DNA of 64,000 bases from a virus (lineage: Duplodnaviria > Caudoviricetes), in IMG/VR virus record IMGVR_UViG_2558860994_000004, positions 1-64,000 of that record; one strand, given 5' to 3'. Shown here in pieces: positions 17,632-27,181 of the stretch. The position numbers and the translations under genes are program-made. The notes under the pieces are model-generated. The model saw nothing but the letters and a program-made list of their open reading frames with translations. It was not told where the DNA came from and did not search any database. Position 1 is the first letter of the stretch. Every line of letters begins with the position of its first letter.

Positions 17632-20043
17632 ATGCAAAACAATCAATCAGCCAGCGGCCTACAGTACGATGATTTAGGTTTTATTATTGGCATGAAGCGC
17701 ATGGGGCGTGATATCGATAAGATTGATATCAACGTCGAAGCCATACGCAAAATACTGGAACAGGCTGCTACAGAATTTAAAGCGATTGCTGGCCAGTCTG
17801 AGCGCCAGCAGCCCTCACTAAGTGCCTATCAGCGTGCTTTACTGGATGCCACACAACGTACGGCAGTTGATTTTGAGGAACACCTTCAACGCACCATCAC
17901 ACCCGTTAATCAATCATTGGTTGATATGGGTAATGCCACTGAAGAATTAATAAACCTGGTTGATCAGGTGGCAAGCCAGCAGACCAGTCCTAAGCAGGCC
18001 AATAACCGCAGTACTGCAAATAATTCGGGCAATAGACCCGGACGCAGCCGTATTACGCCAAACAGCGACACGGTTGACATCGGTAGTACAGAATCGCTAA
18101 GACGTAACTTTAGCCGCCAGAATGCAGATAATGCACCAGGTGATGATGCAACCAGTGACCGTAGCCGTGATTCACGGGGCCGCTTTACTGGTGATGGTTC
18201 TGGTGATGGCCAGAAATCATTTTTTGCAAAAGTTGCCAAAGGGTTTGTTGGTGCAATTAAAGGGTTAATGCCTGATTCAAAAGGGGTGGACCCGACTGTT
18301 GATGCCATTAACGAGCTGGGCACATTGTTATCACCTGTGCGCAAGGTGGCTGGCTTTGCCTTACGTCCACTATCCGGGCTATTCAAAAGCCGTAAACGCA
18401 ATGAGCCTATTCCACGAGAACAGGAACAACATAACCGACGCCAGATTAAGCTATTACAGCGTATTGCCGACAATCTGAAAGGTACACGGGCAGGCAAGCT
18501 GCTGGGCGGCGCTGGCGGCCTGCTAGGTGGGTTGTTCGGTGGTGCTGGTAAAGGCTTGGGCAAGCTGCTTAAGGGTGGTGGCAAAGGCCTGCTAAAACTG
18601 TTGAAGTTTGGCCGTGGTATTCCACTGGTAGGTACCGCGCTGGCCGCCGGTGCTTCGCTGTTTGACTGGAAAAATCAAACCACTGAACAAAAGGGCGGTA
18701 GTGTGGGTTCGCTGGCTGGTGGTGCAGCTGGTGCGGCCTTAGGTAGCCTGCTGGGGCCAGTCGGTACTATTGCCGGTGGTATGCTGGGTTCATGGGCTGG
18801 CGAGAAGCTGGGTACTGTGGTTGCACCATACGTCAAGAACTGGACGGATGATCTGACTAAGGCTGATATACCAGGTCGCATTGTTTCAGCGTGGAAAACC
18901 TTTACTGATGGCTTGGGTACATACTTTAAGGAAGCCTGGGACAATATTGTTGAGAAAGGCAAAGAGATTGCCAGTGATACCAAGGATACTGTCTTTTCAA
19001 TTGCAGACTGGAGCGCATCACTTCTTGATAAAGGTCTGGCTGGTATGGGTAGTAAGGATGCTCAAGAACGGGTAAATCAGCGTGAACGTGGCGAGATTGG
19101 CTACCAGCGTAAGGGATATCAGGCCAAGACGACACAGAATGCGCCTACGCTTTGGCAAACGATGCAGGACAGCGCTAATAGTTTGATGATGCAGCCAGCT
19201 ACCGGAAAATACGCGCCATTACTGGATGAAATTGCCCGAGGGGAGTCACGCAAAGGGGCGTTTGGTACATCAGGCTATGATGCTGTTTATAGTGGTGCCA
19301 CGGTTAAGCCGTCAAAGCCAATTTCACAAATGACTGTAGGCGAAGTAAAAGCCTATCAACGGCAATTAATGAAAGCCGGTTCTACATCCACTGCAGTGGG
19401 CCGCTATCAGTTTATCCATAACAAAGGTGCTTTTGCCAAGATGGCCGCCGAGGCTGGTTTAAAGGATAGCGATATTTTTAATAATGCTGCCCAAGATAGG
19501 CTTGCCATTCATTATATGGGTGGGGCACAACAAATAGATAAGTGGATTAAAACCGGCAACCATAAGGCTTTAACTAATAAGGTTGCTGAGCAATGGGCCA
19601 GCCAGAAAAACAGTAGAGGCTTTGGGAACTATGATGGTGATGGGTTAAATACAGCCCGGCATGGCGGCGTTGCAGTCATTCGTGACCTTAGTGAGAAAAT
19701 TGCAACAAATCAGGCCACTGTTCCGCAAACTAAGGCAACTGAAATCAAGCCTGCGCAAATACCAAAAGCGACCAAGCCCATTATTACCAAAGATTCCCCT
19801 GTTTATGTCTGGCGTAAACCGGTTGAGGCAAAGGCTACTCGTTCAACCACTACAACAAATCTGGCGACTCAGCAGGCCAGCGCTGCTCCTAAAGTTGAGT
19901 CAGTCAAAGAGCGCTTATCATCACCAGCACCTAAGGAAGTGGTTGTGGTTAATCAAAATAATGATACGATTAGCCAAAACGTGAGCAATAGGGGCCTTGC
20001 TCATGCATTTACTGGTGGGTTAGGGATGGGGAAGCATGATTAA
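17632..20043 (+). CDS. Tape-measure-like virion protein with C-terminal lysozyme-like domain
   Basis: Gly/Ala/Leu-rich middle; LLDEIARGES...YDAVY...QMTVGEV...TAVGRYQFI...QDRLA muramidase pattern. Confidence 0.75.
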   Translation: MQNNQSASGLQYDDLGFIIGMKRMGRDIDKIDINVEAIRKILEQAATEFKAIAGQSERQQPSLSAYQRALLDATQRTAVDFEEHLQRTITPVNQSLVDMGNATEELINLVDQVASQQTSPKQANNRSTANNSGNRPGRSRITPNSDTVDIGSTESLRRNFSRQNADNAPGDDATSDRSRDSRGRFTGDGSGDGQKSFFAKVAKGFVGAIKGLMPDSKGVDPTVDAINELGTLLSPVRKVAGFALRPLSGLFKSRKRNEPIPREQEQHNRRQIKLLQRIADNLKGTRAGKLLGGAGGLLGGLFGGAGKGLGKLLKGGGKGLLKLLKFGRGIPLVGTALAAGASLFDWKNQTTEQKGGSVGSLAGGAAGAALGSLLGPVGTIAGGMLGSWAGEKLGTVVAPYVKNWTDDLTKADIPGRIVSAWKTFTDGLGTYFKEAWDNIVEKGKEIASDTKDTVFSIADWSASLLDKGLAGMGSKDAQERVNQRERGEIGYQRKGYQAKTTQNAPTLWQTMQDSANSLMMQPATGKYAPLLDEIARGESRKGAFGTSGYDAVYSGATVKPSKPISQMTVGEVKAYQRQLMKAGSTSTAVGRYQFIHNKGAFAKMAAEAGLKDSDIFNNAAQDRLAIHYMGGAQQIDKWIKTGNHKALTNKVAEQWASQKNSRGFGNYDGDGLNTARHGGVAVIRDLSEKIATNQATVPQTKATEIKPAQIPKATKPIITKDSPVYVWRKPVEAKATRSTTTTNLATQQASAAPKVESVKERLSSPAPKEVVVVNQNNDTISQNVSNRGLAHAFTGGLGMGKHD

Positions 20044-20506
20044 TACTAAAACAGTGATTTACGGTGTTTTACTTAGCAGTGTGAGTATATTGGCTCATGC
20101 TGATAATAATGTTCCACAGTTTAAGGACTATCCAGCCAAGGTATACAACGGTAAACCCGCTAAATTATTATTGAATAATCAAACTGCAAAAGTATTTAAA
20201 ACACGTTTGACCGAGGCATTAAAACAAAAACCTGTCTATGCAGGCGAATATGTTTTAGCGTCTTGGGGGTGTGGCACAGAGTGTGTATTTTATACCTTCG
20301 TCAACAAAAGAACGGGCCAAGTACTTGATAAAGGTTTTGGTGGTGAAACCGGCGAAGATATTAAGGATTTTAAGTTAAACAGTAAGCTGTTAATCACTCG
20401 TAAATCAGACTTTGATGATAATTATAATGAGGTTGGCAGTTCTACAAATTATAGTGTCGTGAATAATGATCAGTTTAAAGTGATTAAAGCGGTAGCATCG
20501 GAATAA
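20036..20506 (+). CDS. Exported protein with signal peptide
   Basis: Signal peptide ending in LAHA; PQFKDYPA...YAGEYVLASWGCGTEC. Confidence 0.75.
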   Translation: MINTKTVIYGVLLSSVSILAHADNNVPQFKDYPAKVYNGKPAKLLLNNQTAKVFKTRLTEALKQKPVYAGEYVLASWGCGTECVFYTFVNKRTGQVLDKGFGGETGEDIKDFKLNSKLLITRKSDFDDNYNEVGSSTNYSVVNNDQFKVIKAVASE

Positions 20507-21219
20507 TGAATAAAAAAGTAATAATTATAACTGCCCTGATTATTGGTCTGGCAGCTTTAATCGGTGGATATCTTTATTTTATTTATACTCAGTCCTCACA
20601 GAAGGCAAATCATCAAGAAATACTCCATACGGATGACACTGGTAGTCAGGCTGTACGTGAAACAGTCCCACAGCAAAGTGAAAATACTACACCTGATGAG
20701 TCTACAGTAAGCGAAGATTGGCAAGCCGTTCATACCGAAGAAAGCTTTATGAATACTGGTATTGCCTACTTAAATCATAATGAGATTTTTCGCGGATTAA
20801 TGTTCGGGGATTTAGAGAAAAATGCCCAAATTAAGGGAGTAGGCTTTGTTAATCAGATTTTTAAGCAAGATGGATATGATGTTGCCCTAATCAACTTGTT
20901 AAAAGACTCTGATAAAGACAAATGCAGTATTTCTTTTAATGGCTTGTCAGATAATTATGCTTTGATTGCCTTTCAGCACTCCCCTAGGGTTTTAGAAGGT
21001 GATGTAATCGCCTTTAAGGGAATGGCCGACAATATAAAGTTCTCATATAAAAATGCATCAAACATTTCAAAAGAAGTGCCGGTTATTTATGTGGCTTATT
21101 ACAAGGGTGGGGCTAACCTACCAGGCCTTGAACTTGAGTTTTATACGTGTGGAACCATGTTTGGCAAGCCAGCCTCTCAAGAAGATGTAAGCCGTTTTTT
21201 AGAGAAAAATAAGTTATAA
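20506..21219 (+). CDS. Membrane-anchored hypothetical protein
   Basis: N-terminal KK plus TM helix; AT-rich. Confidence 0.7.
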   Translation: MNKKVIIITALIIGLAALIGGYLYFIYTQSSQKANHQEILHTDDTGSQAVRETVPQQSENTTPDESTVSEDWQAVHTEESFMNTGIAYLNHNEIFRGLMFGDLEKNAQIKGVGFVNQIFKQDGYDVALINLLKDSDKDKCSISFNGLSDNYALIAFQHSPRVLEGDVIAFKGMADNIKFSYKNASNISKEVPVIYVAYYKGGANLPGLELEFYTCGTMFGKPASQEDVSRFLEKNKL

Positions 21220-21228
21220 CTAAACAAT

Positions 21229-21269
21229 TGGAACCTACCAGATTTAGCCAGACCTTAGATTGATACCGT
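21229..21269 (+). promoter_or_regulatory. GGAAC-box late promoter candidate
   Basis: TGGAACCTACC-...-TACCGT, 29-nt spacer. Confidence 0.6.
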
Positions 21270-21300
21270 GTTTGCTCAAATTTTGATTGAGTGATGCAAT

Positions 21301-22119
21301 ATGAGTTTAAATGATCTGGTTTTCTGGTTGGGCTTCATTATTGGTATTGCCCTTGTATTAATTTGCACAGGGATTTTGCGCTATCTCAAGCCAAGTCGTA
21401 CTTATGATAAACCGCCTTTTGTGCTTGAAACTTTCCCTATGCCTTCATACAGTCCATTAGAAGCACTACGCGAAGATATCCGTAAATTGCATGGGAAATT
21501 TGATGAATTATTTAAGCCTTATGTGACCGGTTGTGAAAAATATAAACCAGGCTTAGAAGAGCTTTCTAGGAAGTGGGCAAAGCCGGAAGTTAAACCCAGT
21601 ATTGTCCCTCAGACTGATTTAAAAACATCACTGGCCAAGGCTGGTTTAGATAAGCTAACACCCGTAGCAAAAACGAAAATTGCGGATCTGGATGGTGAAA
21701 CCATTTATGAGGATGCAGACGGCCGCCGGGTATTGTCCCCAACTTCTGTTGAGATCAGTGGCGAGAAATACAAGCTTTTAGCAGGCCGTACCTATATGGT
21801 TGATGTTAATGAGCTGCGTACCATTGATATTGAATTCCAGGCTGGCAACCCGGCAGTTAATGGGGTAAATGGCCTAACCAATGAATTGCTGCTGGCCATT
21901 CTTATTGATCGTACGAAGGTGCTGGATAGTGAGCAGCCTTGTGATGAAAACAAGCTGGCCTTGGATTATATGCAGTCTGCGCTTGAGTGTTTTCAGGAAC
22001 GTATAAAGGTCCAGAAACATAAGCCTATTGATAATAGCGATTTGAACGAGTTGCTTGAGCAGGCAATAGACTTATGTAAATCTAATGATGAGATGAAAAA
22101 AGAATCAAATCAACATTGA
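21301..22119 (+). CDS. N-terminal TM protein with C-terminal Tad1-like (signal-sponge) domain
   Basis: IEFQAG..VNGVNGLTNELLLAILIDR...PCDENKLALDYMQSAL...R resembles the Tad1 core as I recall it (IKFQKG...HGV..SDLLEIVRDRL...SRENACALTHVEEAL..MNRR). Confidence 0.65.
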   Translation: MSLNDLVFWLGFIIGIALVLICTGILRYLKPSRTYDKPPFVLETFPMPSYSPLEALREDIRKLHGKFDELFKPYVTGCEKYKPGLEELSRKWAKPEVKPSIVPQTDLKTSLAKAGLDKLTPVAKTKIADLDGETIYEDADGRRVLSPTSVEISGEKYKLLAGRTYMVDVNELRTIDIEFQAGNPAVNGVNGLTNELLLAILIDRTKVLDSEQPCDENKLALDYMQSALECFQERIKVQKHKPIDNSDLNELLEQAIDLCKSNDEMKKESNQH

Positions 22120-22120
22120 T

Positions 22121-22161
22121 TGGAACCAGCCTCATTGATGCCAATTTGAGCTAAGTACATT
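22121..22161 (+). promoter_or_regulatory. GGAAC-box late promoter candidate
   Basis: TGGAACCAGCC-...-TACATT, 29-nt spacer. Confidence 0.65.
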
Positions 22162-22203
22162 AGGGACTCTTTCATAGAGTCCTTTTTATTTAGGTCAAAG
22201 ATT

Positions 22204-22581
22204 ATGCGTAAATTACGAATTGGTTTAATTGGTCTTATGGTTGGTTTGGCAATTACTGCATGCAGTGATAATAACTATCACCCTACTTATAATGAAACAC
22301 CAGCAACGGCACAGGCTCAACAAGGTGGCATTAATAACAATGATGTACTGGTTGCTGGTGCCGGGGCAGTAGCCGGTTATATGCTCGCCAATCGCAACAA
22401 TCAGGCAAACCAGTATCACGCTCAGGATTATGGCGGTCGCTCATATCCGGCAGTCCACAAAACGGTAGTAGTGAATAAAGTGGTGAACGTATACCACAAG
22501 CCTAAACGCGCCAGTTATTTCAAGCGTTCATATTCCAGCTCACGTTCCTATAGCACCTCGCGTTCATCCCGACGACGATAA
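22204..22581 (+). CDS. Lipoprotein with Arg/Ser-rich C-terminus
   Basis: Lipobox ITAC after a basic/hydrophobic leader. Confidence 0.75.
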   Translation: MRKLRIGLIGLMVGLAITACSDNNYHPTYNETPATAQAQQGGINNNDVLVAGAGAVAGYMLANRNNQANQYHAQDYGGRSYPAVHKTVVVNKVVNVYHKPKRASYFKRSYSSSRSYSTSRSSRRR

Positions 22582-22584
22582 CAC

Positions 22585-22625
22585 TGGAACACGCCAGCTT
22601 TTCAATAAAGTATGGTCAGTAAATT
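22585..22625 (+). promoter_or_regulatory. GGAAC-box late promoter candidate
   Basis: TGGAACACGCC-...-TAAATT, 29-nt spacer. Confidence 0.55.
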
Positions 22626-22666
22626 AAGGGTTCATTGAAGGACCCTTTTTTTATTGGACTAAAATC

Positions 22667-22813
22667 ATGCTTAAGCATTCTGTACGTCGTTCATTCCTGC
22701 AACGAGCCTTTATTGCCTTGATCAGCGTGATTGATAGGATGCAGGAAAAATTAACAACACCTACGATAACCAAGCCACTGGAACCGCCCAGATTTAGCAT
22801 AAATCCTGAGTGA
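22667..22813 (+). CDS. Possible 48-aa peptide
   Basis: MLKHSVRRSFLQRAFIALISVIDRMQEK...; lies between two GGAAC boxes. Confidence 0.35.
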   Translation: MLKHSVRRSFLQRAFIALISVIDRMQEKLTTPTITKPLEPPRFSINPE

Positions 22814-22819
22814 CACAAT
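22779..22819 (+). promoter_or_regulatory. GGAAC-box late promoter candidate (protease-terminase operon)
   Basis: TGGAACCGCCC-...-CACAAT, 29-nt spacer. Confidence 0.7.
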
Positions 22820-22849
22820 AAGCCCTAATGAGATATTGGGGCTTTTTTT
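22820..22849 (+). terminator. Terminator-like hairpin overlapping the promoter start region
   Basis: AAGCCCTAAT-GAGAT-ATTGGGGCTT followed by a T-run, directly before ATG 22850. Confidence 0.6.
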
Positions 22850-23776
22850 ATGACAACGCCAAAACCAAGGGGCAGAAAGACCAAGCCGATTACTTATAAC
22901 TTGCATGACCGGGGCTGGAAACACAACGGCCCTGACCGTAGCAACGTCGATATGCAGTCCATGATTCGCTTGATCAATAGTTCCGGTGTGCAGGAACTGG
23001 TTGATGAAGGCAAATTATGGGGCTACTGCGGTCATAACATTCGCCAGCGCTATGGCATGCGGCCACCTGAAGCCATTGTCATTGAAGGCAAGATGGTTTA
23101 CTTGGCACCTGCGTTTAAAACCATTGAAATTAAAGCGCATGCAAATGGTGACGTTACCCATCGTGCTGAGTTTACGACCAATGAAGCGGGTGAGTGGGCG
23201 CGTGAGCAATATCTGGCTCAGGTTGGTGGGTTTAGTACAGCGGTTAATTTTAAGCAATTTACCATGCCGAAACAGGTATCTGGTTTTTTTGGCTTTGATT
23301 ATGTGCTGCAACCAAATTACACGACTAATGTTGGTGATGGCCAGCTTTATGACGGCCTGTTTTTGCCTGAGGATGTGTCAGCTGATAGTGGGGTTGCCTG
23401 TTTTGATAGTCTGACCAATGTTGAGCAGCTTGACCCGGCTAATGCTCAAATTGCCCGGATGCTAGAACAGCAAATCTTAAGTGACATGCAGAACATCAAT
23501 GCGCAATTGGGTTTGTTGCAGCATGCAGAACGTGCATATGACCATATTGAAGCCATGGCACAGCAGGAAGCGCGACGTGAACAGCGTGAGAACTTGCAGG
23601 CCCAGCGGCAGGCCGAACTGTACACGGGTATGGTTGGTGAGATTCGCTCATTTGATTCAGTGTGTGCAGAGGCAGATGAGTTGCTACAGCGCGCTATTAA
23701 TCCTTATGACACCCGCACACGAACTGAACCGGCGAAGAAAAAACCCCGGCTGTTTTCATTTGGTATGCGCTCATGA
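22850..23776 (+). CDS. pro: P1-like head-processing (prohead) protease
   Basis: WGYCGH, GDVTHRAEF, VGGFSTA and FFGFDYVLQPNY match the P1 Pro pattern as I recall it. Confidence 0.75.
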   Translation: MTTPKPRGRKTKPITYNLHDRGWKHNGPDRSNVDMQSMIRLINSSGVQELVDEGKLWGYCGHNIRQRYGMRPPEAIVIEGKMVYLAPAFKTIEIKAHANGDVTHRAEFTTNEAGEWAREQYLAQVGGFSTAVNFKQFTMPKQVSGFFGFDYVLQPNYTTNVGDGQLYDGLFLPEDVSADSGVACFDSLTNVEQLDPANAQIARMLEQQILSDMQNINAQLGLLQHAERAYDHIEAMAQQEARREQRENLQAQRQAELYTGMVGEIRSFDSVCAEADELLQRAINPYDTRTRTEPAKKKPRLFSFGMRS

Positions 23777-24582
23777 GTGCCGCCATTGCTGATCCGCTCA
23801 AGGCCATTCAGGATGCCTGGTATAAAACGCTGATTGATTTTCGGGCGTGGTACATGCCTGAAACCCAGCAAACGGCAGAATGGAAACAACGGGTACTGGG
23901 GCATGCCATTAAATCCTGCCCGGGCCGCATGATGGATGATGCCGAGGCCATGCTTGCCGAATACCGCAAAGCCCAGAATGCAGCGGTGGCTGGCGGTGCG
24001 ACTGCGTTTATGCCGGTCATGTTGACGGCTACAGCCATTGTTGACCAGCCGCCCAACGTCAGCCAACTGCCCAATGTGCCCTATTTTGTGGATGTCATTA
24101 TTTCGGGCAAGCCTGCAAAAATGCGGCTCATTCCCAAGACAGTTCGCGCACAAATCGCGTTCTTTGCTACCAATCCTCACGATGCCCGTTCTATCTGTGA
24201 TCAGGTGTGTGCCTACGTTACAGATGACATCAAACGTCGTATCGCCGTGCAGTTTGATTTTGGCGACGGGATTAAGCGGCCTAGTCCATTCACCGTACTT
24301 GAAAATGAGCTTTTCCCTACGCCTGTACCCAGTGAAGCCATCAACCTGTCTATATTCACTGTTGACGCGCAGCTGGTGGGTTATGTACCTCAGGTACTGG
24401 GCCTTGGCGGGCAGTTTGATAACACGGTGGGCAATGGATACAACCCTGACGGTTCGCCAATAGATAAGCCGCCGGTTAATGATTCAGTGGTTGTACAGGC
24501 CGATGCCTTTGACGTTGGCCATACCCGCGTGTTGGCGGATCCTGAAACTGGTATTGTGACCGTGGAGCAGCTTGATGATTAA
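23773..24582 (+). CDS. Putative virion morphogenesis protein
   Basis: Coupled ORF in the late operon. Confidence 0.6.
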   Translation: MSAAIADPLKAIQDAWYKTLIDFRAWYMPETQQTAEWKQRVLGHAIKSCPGRMMDDAEAMLAEYRKAQNAAVAGGATAFMPVMLTATAIVDQPPNVSQLPNVPYFVDVIISGKPAKMRLIPKTVRAQIAFFATNPHDARSICDQVCAYVTDDIKRRIAVQFDFGDGIKRPSPFTVLENELFPTPVPSEAINLSIFTVDAQLVGYVPQVLGLGGQFDNTVGNGYNPDGSPIDKPPVNDSVVVQADAFDVGHTRVLADPETGIVTVEQLDD

Positions 24583-25117
24583 GGTGACTCCCAATGAAAT
24601 TAATCCGGCTGATGAGATTGTACGCATTGATAGCCGCGTCATGGGCTTTAACGGTGAACCTGTCCGTATTCTGGCTGTTTGTTTTAAAGACACTGGGGAA
24701 ATGCGGATTGAGAAAAAAGAAATTTACACCAATCTGCCGGTACCTGCGGAATTAAAGGCCAATACCATTGTCGTGACGGACGCCATCCACCAGGTGCAAA
24801 ACTGGGATATGCCGTTTAATCCTGAAAAAGACCTGGCTTCGGTTATCACGGTGTACCAGCAACGATTCCGGGCCGGCCTGATTGATATTGAAAAATCCCT
24901 CAACCGCTATAACCCGAAAACCGTGCTGCAGGTGCGTAAGGTTGATGAAAAGGGCTTAAAACAGGAATTTGACAGCAGCAGCTTAAACAATGGTCACGTT
25001 GCGGTATTGCTCTGCGTGTGGGCCAGCCAGCGTGTTGCGATCAGCCATAGTATTACACATGCACAGGGGATAGATGCCAAAGCCATAGATACCTCGATGT
25101 TGCCTTTTAGCATCTAG
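24575..25117 (+). CDS. Phage hypothetical protein
   Basis: Coupled ORF directly upstream of the terminase. Confidence 0.6.
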   Translation: MIKVTPNEINPADEIVRIDSRVMGFNGEPVRILAVCFKDTGEMRIEKKEIYTNLPVPAELKANTIVVTDAIHQVQNWDMPFNPEKDLASVITVYQQRFRAGLIDIEKSLNRYNPKTVLQVRKVDEKGLKQEFDSSSLNNGHVAVLLCVWASQRVAISHSITHAQGIDAKAIDTSMLPFSI

Positions 25118-25125
25118 GGGGCAGC

Positions 25126-27117
25126 ATGGCGTTAAAACCCCTAAAAGACATACCTGAATGGTGGGAGCTGTGTGTACGCTACCGCTATGACATTTATGCT
25201 TTCGCGGTTGAGGCGCTGGGCATTACGCCCACATGGCAACAAGAACTACTATTTGAATCTGTCCAGTTTGATGGTAGCCGTACATCGGTTGCGTCAGGTC
25301 ACGGCTGTTTTGGTAAAGGCACCAAAATCCGGCTGTTTAACGGCAAATGGAAGCGCGTTGAAAAAATAACAATAGATGATCAGATCATGGGTAGCGATGG
25401 GATATCGCCCCGTGAGATCACCCATGTTGTGCGCGGCCAGCAGGAACTGTACCGCTTTAATTATGCCAATGGCGTCAGTCACGTTTATAACCGGTCACAT
25501 ATTTTGTGCCTGGTGTCGCTAGAAACAAAGAACGGCTGGAAAGCTGGCGACAAAATGGAAGTGCTAGTGTCCAAATGGCTCACATGGCCGGAAGATACCA
25601 AGCGCCAGTTTGCGGCCTACCAACTCAAGCATAAAAAATATCAGCCTGTTGCCATCACCAGTGCCACGGCCTTAGGCGTAGGGGATTACTACGGCTTCGT
25701 GCTGGACGGTGACGCCACGTTTCTAGGCGCTGATGGCATGCTGCTACACAACACCGGTAAAACCGCCAGTGCGGGCATTGTGGCGCTCTGGCACCTACTG
25801 TTCTTTGATGAATCCATCATGATGTTTACTGCCCCGCAAATCGGGCAGCTGAAAAAACAAGTCTGGAAAGAAATCAGTATCAACCTGAGCCGCCTTAAAA
25901 GCGGCCCTTTGGCATGGCTGGCAGAATATGTCGGCTATCAGACTGAAATGGTCTACGTTAAAGGCTATAAGGAAAAATGGCACGTCTTTGCCAAAACCGC
26001 ACCGAAGCACCAGCCAACCAACTTGGCGGGGAACCATGGCGATAACTACATGGTGTGGGGTGATGAGGCCAGCGGTATTCCAGATGAAGTCTGGGACGTG
26101 GTACTGGGTGCATTAACGCATGCCGACAACCGGGCGGTGATGACATCACAGCCGACCCGTAACGCTGGCATGTTCTATGAAACACACCATGGCTTAAGTC
26201 ACCGCTCAGACGGTATATGGATGGCGCTGACCTTTAATGGTGAAGAGTCGCCGCTTGTATCTGAGCAATCCCTTGAAGAGCAGCGCCAGAAATACGGCAG
26301 CCGTGATGATGCCCAGTACAAAATTCGTGTGCTCGGTGAATTTCCTGATTTAGCCGATGAATTTTTGATTACCAAGCGTATGTCAGAAGATATGTACGTT
26401 GGTAGCTCAATTTTTGAAGAGATTCACCAGTTTGGCTATGTGATTACCGTAGACGTCGGCGGCGGCGTGGGTCGGGATGATTCGGTTATTTGTGTGGGCA
26501 AGGTCTGGGGTGAAGATCAGTGGGGCGAGCGGGCAAGGCGGGTTGAAGTTGAAAAAATCCCGCTGTGTAAAAACAAGGACAATATTACTGAACTGTTTGG
26601 CATTATTAGTGAGCTGCTGGAAAATTATTCCAATGCTTTACTTGTGGTCGATGATAACGGCGCAGGTAAGGGTCTTGGCCAGTTGTTGCAACAGCATGGC
26701 ATCTATTATTTGCCTGTGTATTGGGGCGGTGGCTGCTTTAACGAGGATAACCGCAAAGAGTATTACAACAAGCGGGCGCTGGCCTATGTGTGCCTAAAAC
26801 GTGCCATTGAGCATGGCCGATTCAAGATTAAAACCAACAAGTACAAAGTAAAGCTGCAAAACCAGATTATTAAAATTCCCTATGGCTTTGATGAGCATTC
26901 ACGCTACAAGCTGCTGGGTAAGGATGAAATGAAGCGTAAGGGTATCAAGTCGCCGGATATGGGCGACGCGCTGGCGTTTTTCTTTCTTGAGAATGTGCAT
27001 TACACCGAAGCGTACGAGAAAGCCGCGCTGGATGTGGATACACCAGAAGGACAGGAACAGGCCGCTAAAGCATCACGTTTTGAGCGATTAAGGCAGGCCG
27101 CACAAGAGCAATTATAA
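25126..27117 (+). CDS. terL: Terminase large subunit (PacB-like) containing an intein
   Basis: Walker A SGHG/TGKT interrupted by an intein; Walker B VWGDEASG; MTSQPTR; nuclease ITVDVGGGVGRDDS; KSPDMGDA. Confidence 0.9.
   Translation: MALKPLKDIPEWWELCVRYRYDIYAFAVEALGITPTWQQELLFESVQFDGSRTSVASGHGCFGKGTKIRLFNGKWKRVEKITIDDQIMGSDGISPREITHVVRGQQELYRFNYANGVSHVYNRSHILCLVSLETKNGWKAGDKMEVLVSKWLTWPEDTKRQFAAYQLKHKKYQPVAITSATALGVGDYYGFVLDGDATFLGADGMLLHNTGKTASAGIVALWHLLFFDESIMMFTAPQIGQLKKQVWKEISINLSRLKSGPLAWLAEYVGYQTEMVYVKGYKEKWHVFAKTAPKHQPTNLAGNHGDNYMVWGDEASGIPDEVWDVVLGALTHADNRAVMTSQPTRNAGMFYETHHGLSHRSDGIWMALTFNGEESPLVSEQSLEEQRQKYGSRDDAQYKIRVLGEFPDLADEFLITKRMSEDMYVGSSIFEEIHQFGYVITVDVGGGVGRDDSVICVGKVWGEDQWGERARRVEVEKIPLCKNKDNITELFGIISELLENYSNALLVVDDNGAGKGLGQLLQQHGIYYLPVYWGGGCFNEDNRKEYYNKRALAYVCLKRAIEHGRFKIKTNKYKVKLQNQIIKIPYGFDEHSRYKLLGKDEMKRKGIKSPDMGDALAFFFLENVHYTEAYEKAALDVDTPEGQEQAAKASRFERLRQAAQEQL
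25306..25752 (+). mobile_element. 149-aa mini-intein (no homing endonuclease)
   Basis: Starts CFGKGTKIRLFNG, has block B SHIL, ends YYGFVLDG...LLHN with Thr as the +1 residue. Confidence 0.9.
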
Positions 27118-27181
27118 AAATATCCAATATGTAATTATAAATTTTAACATTAATTTACAATCAATCAGATTTTAAGGTAAA

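Noticed and set aside
18481-18800. Gly/Leu/Ala-rich repeats as a separate repeat element
   Set aside because: Ordinary low-complexity coding of a tape-measure-like protein.
22204-22581. o-spanin call for the lipoprotein
   Set aside because: No adjacent i-spanin or lysis cassette, and it lacks the Pro-rich spanin character.
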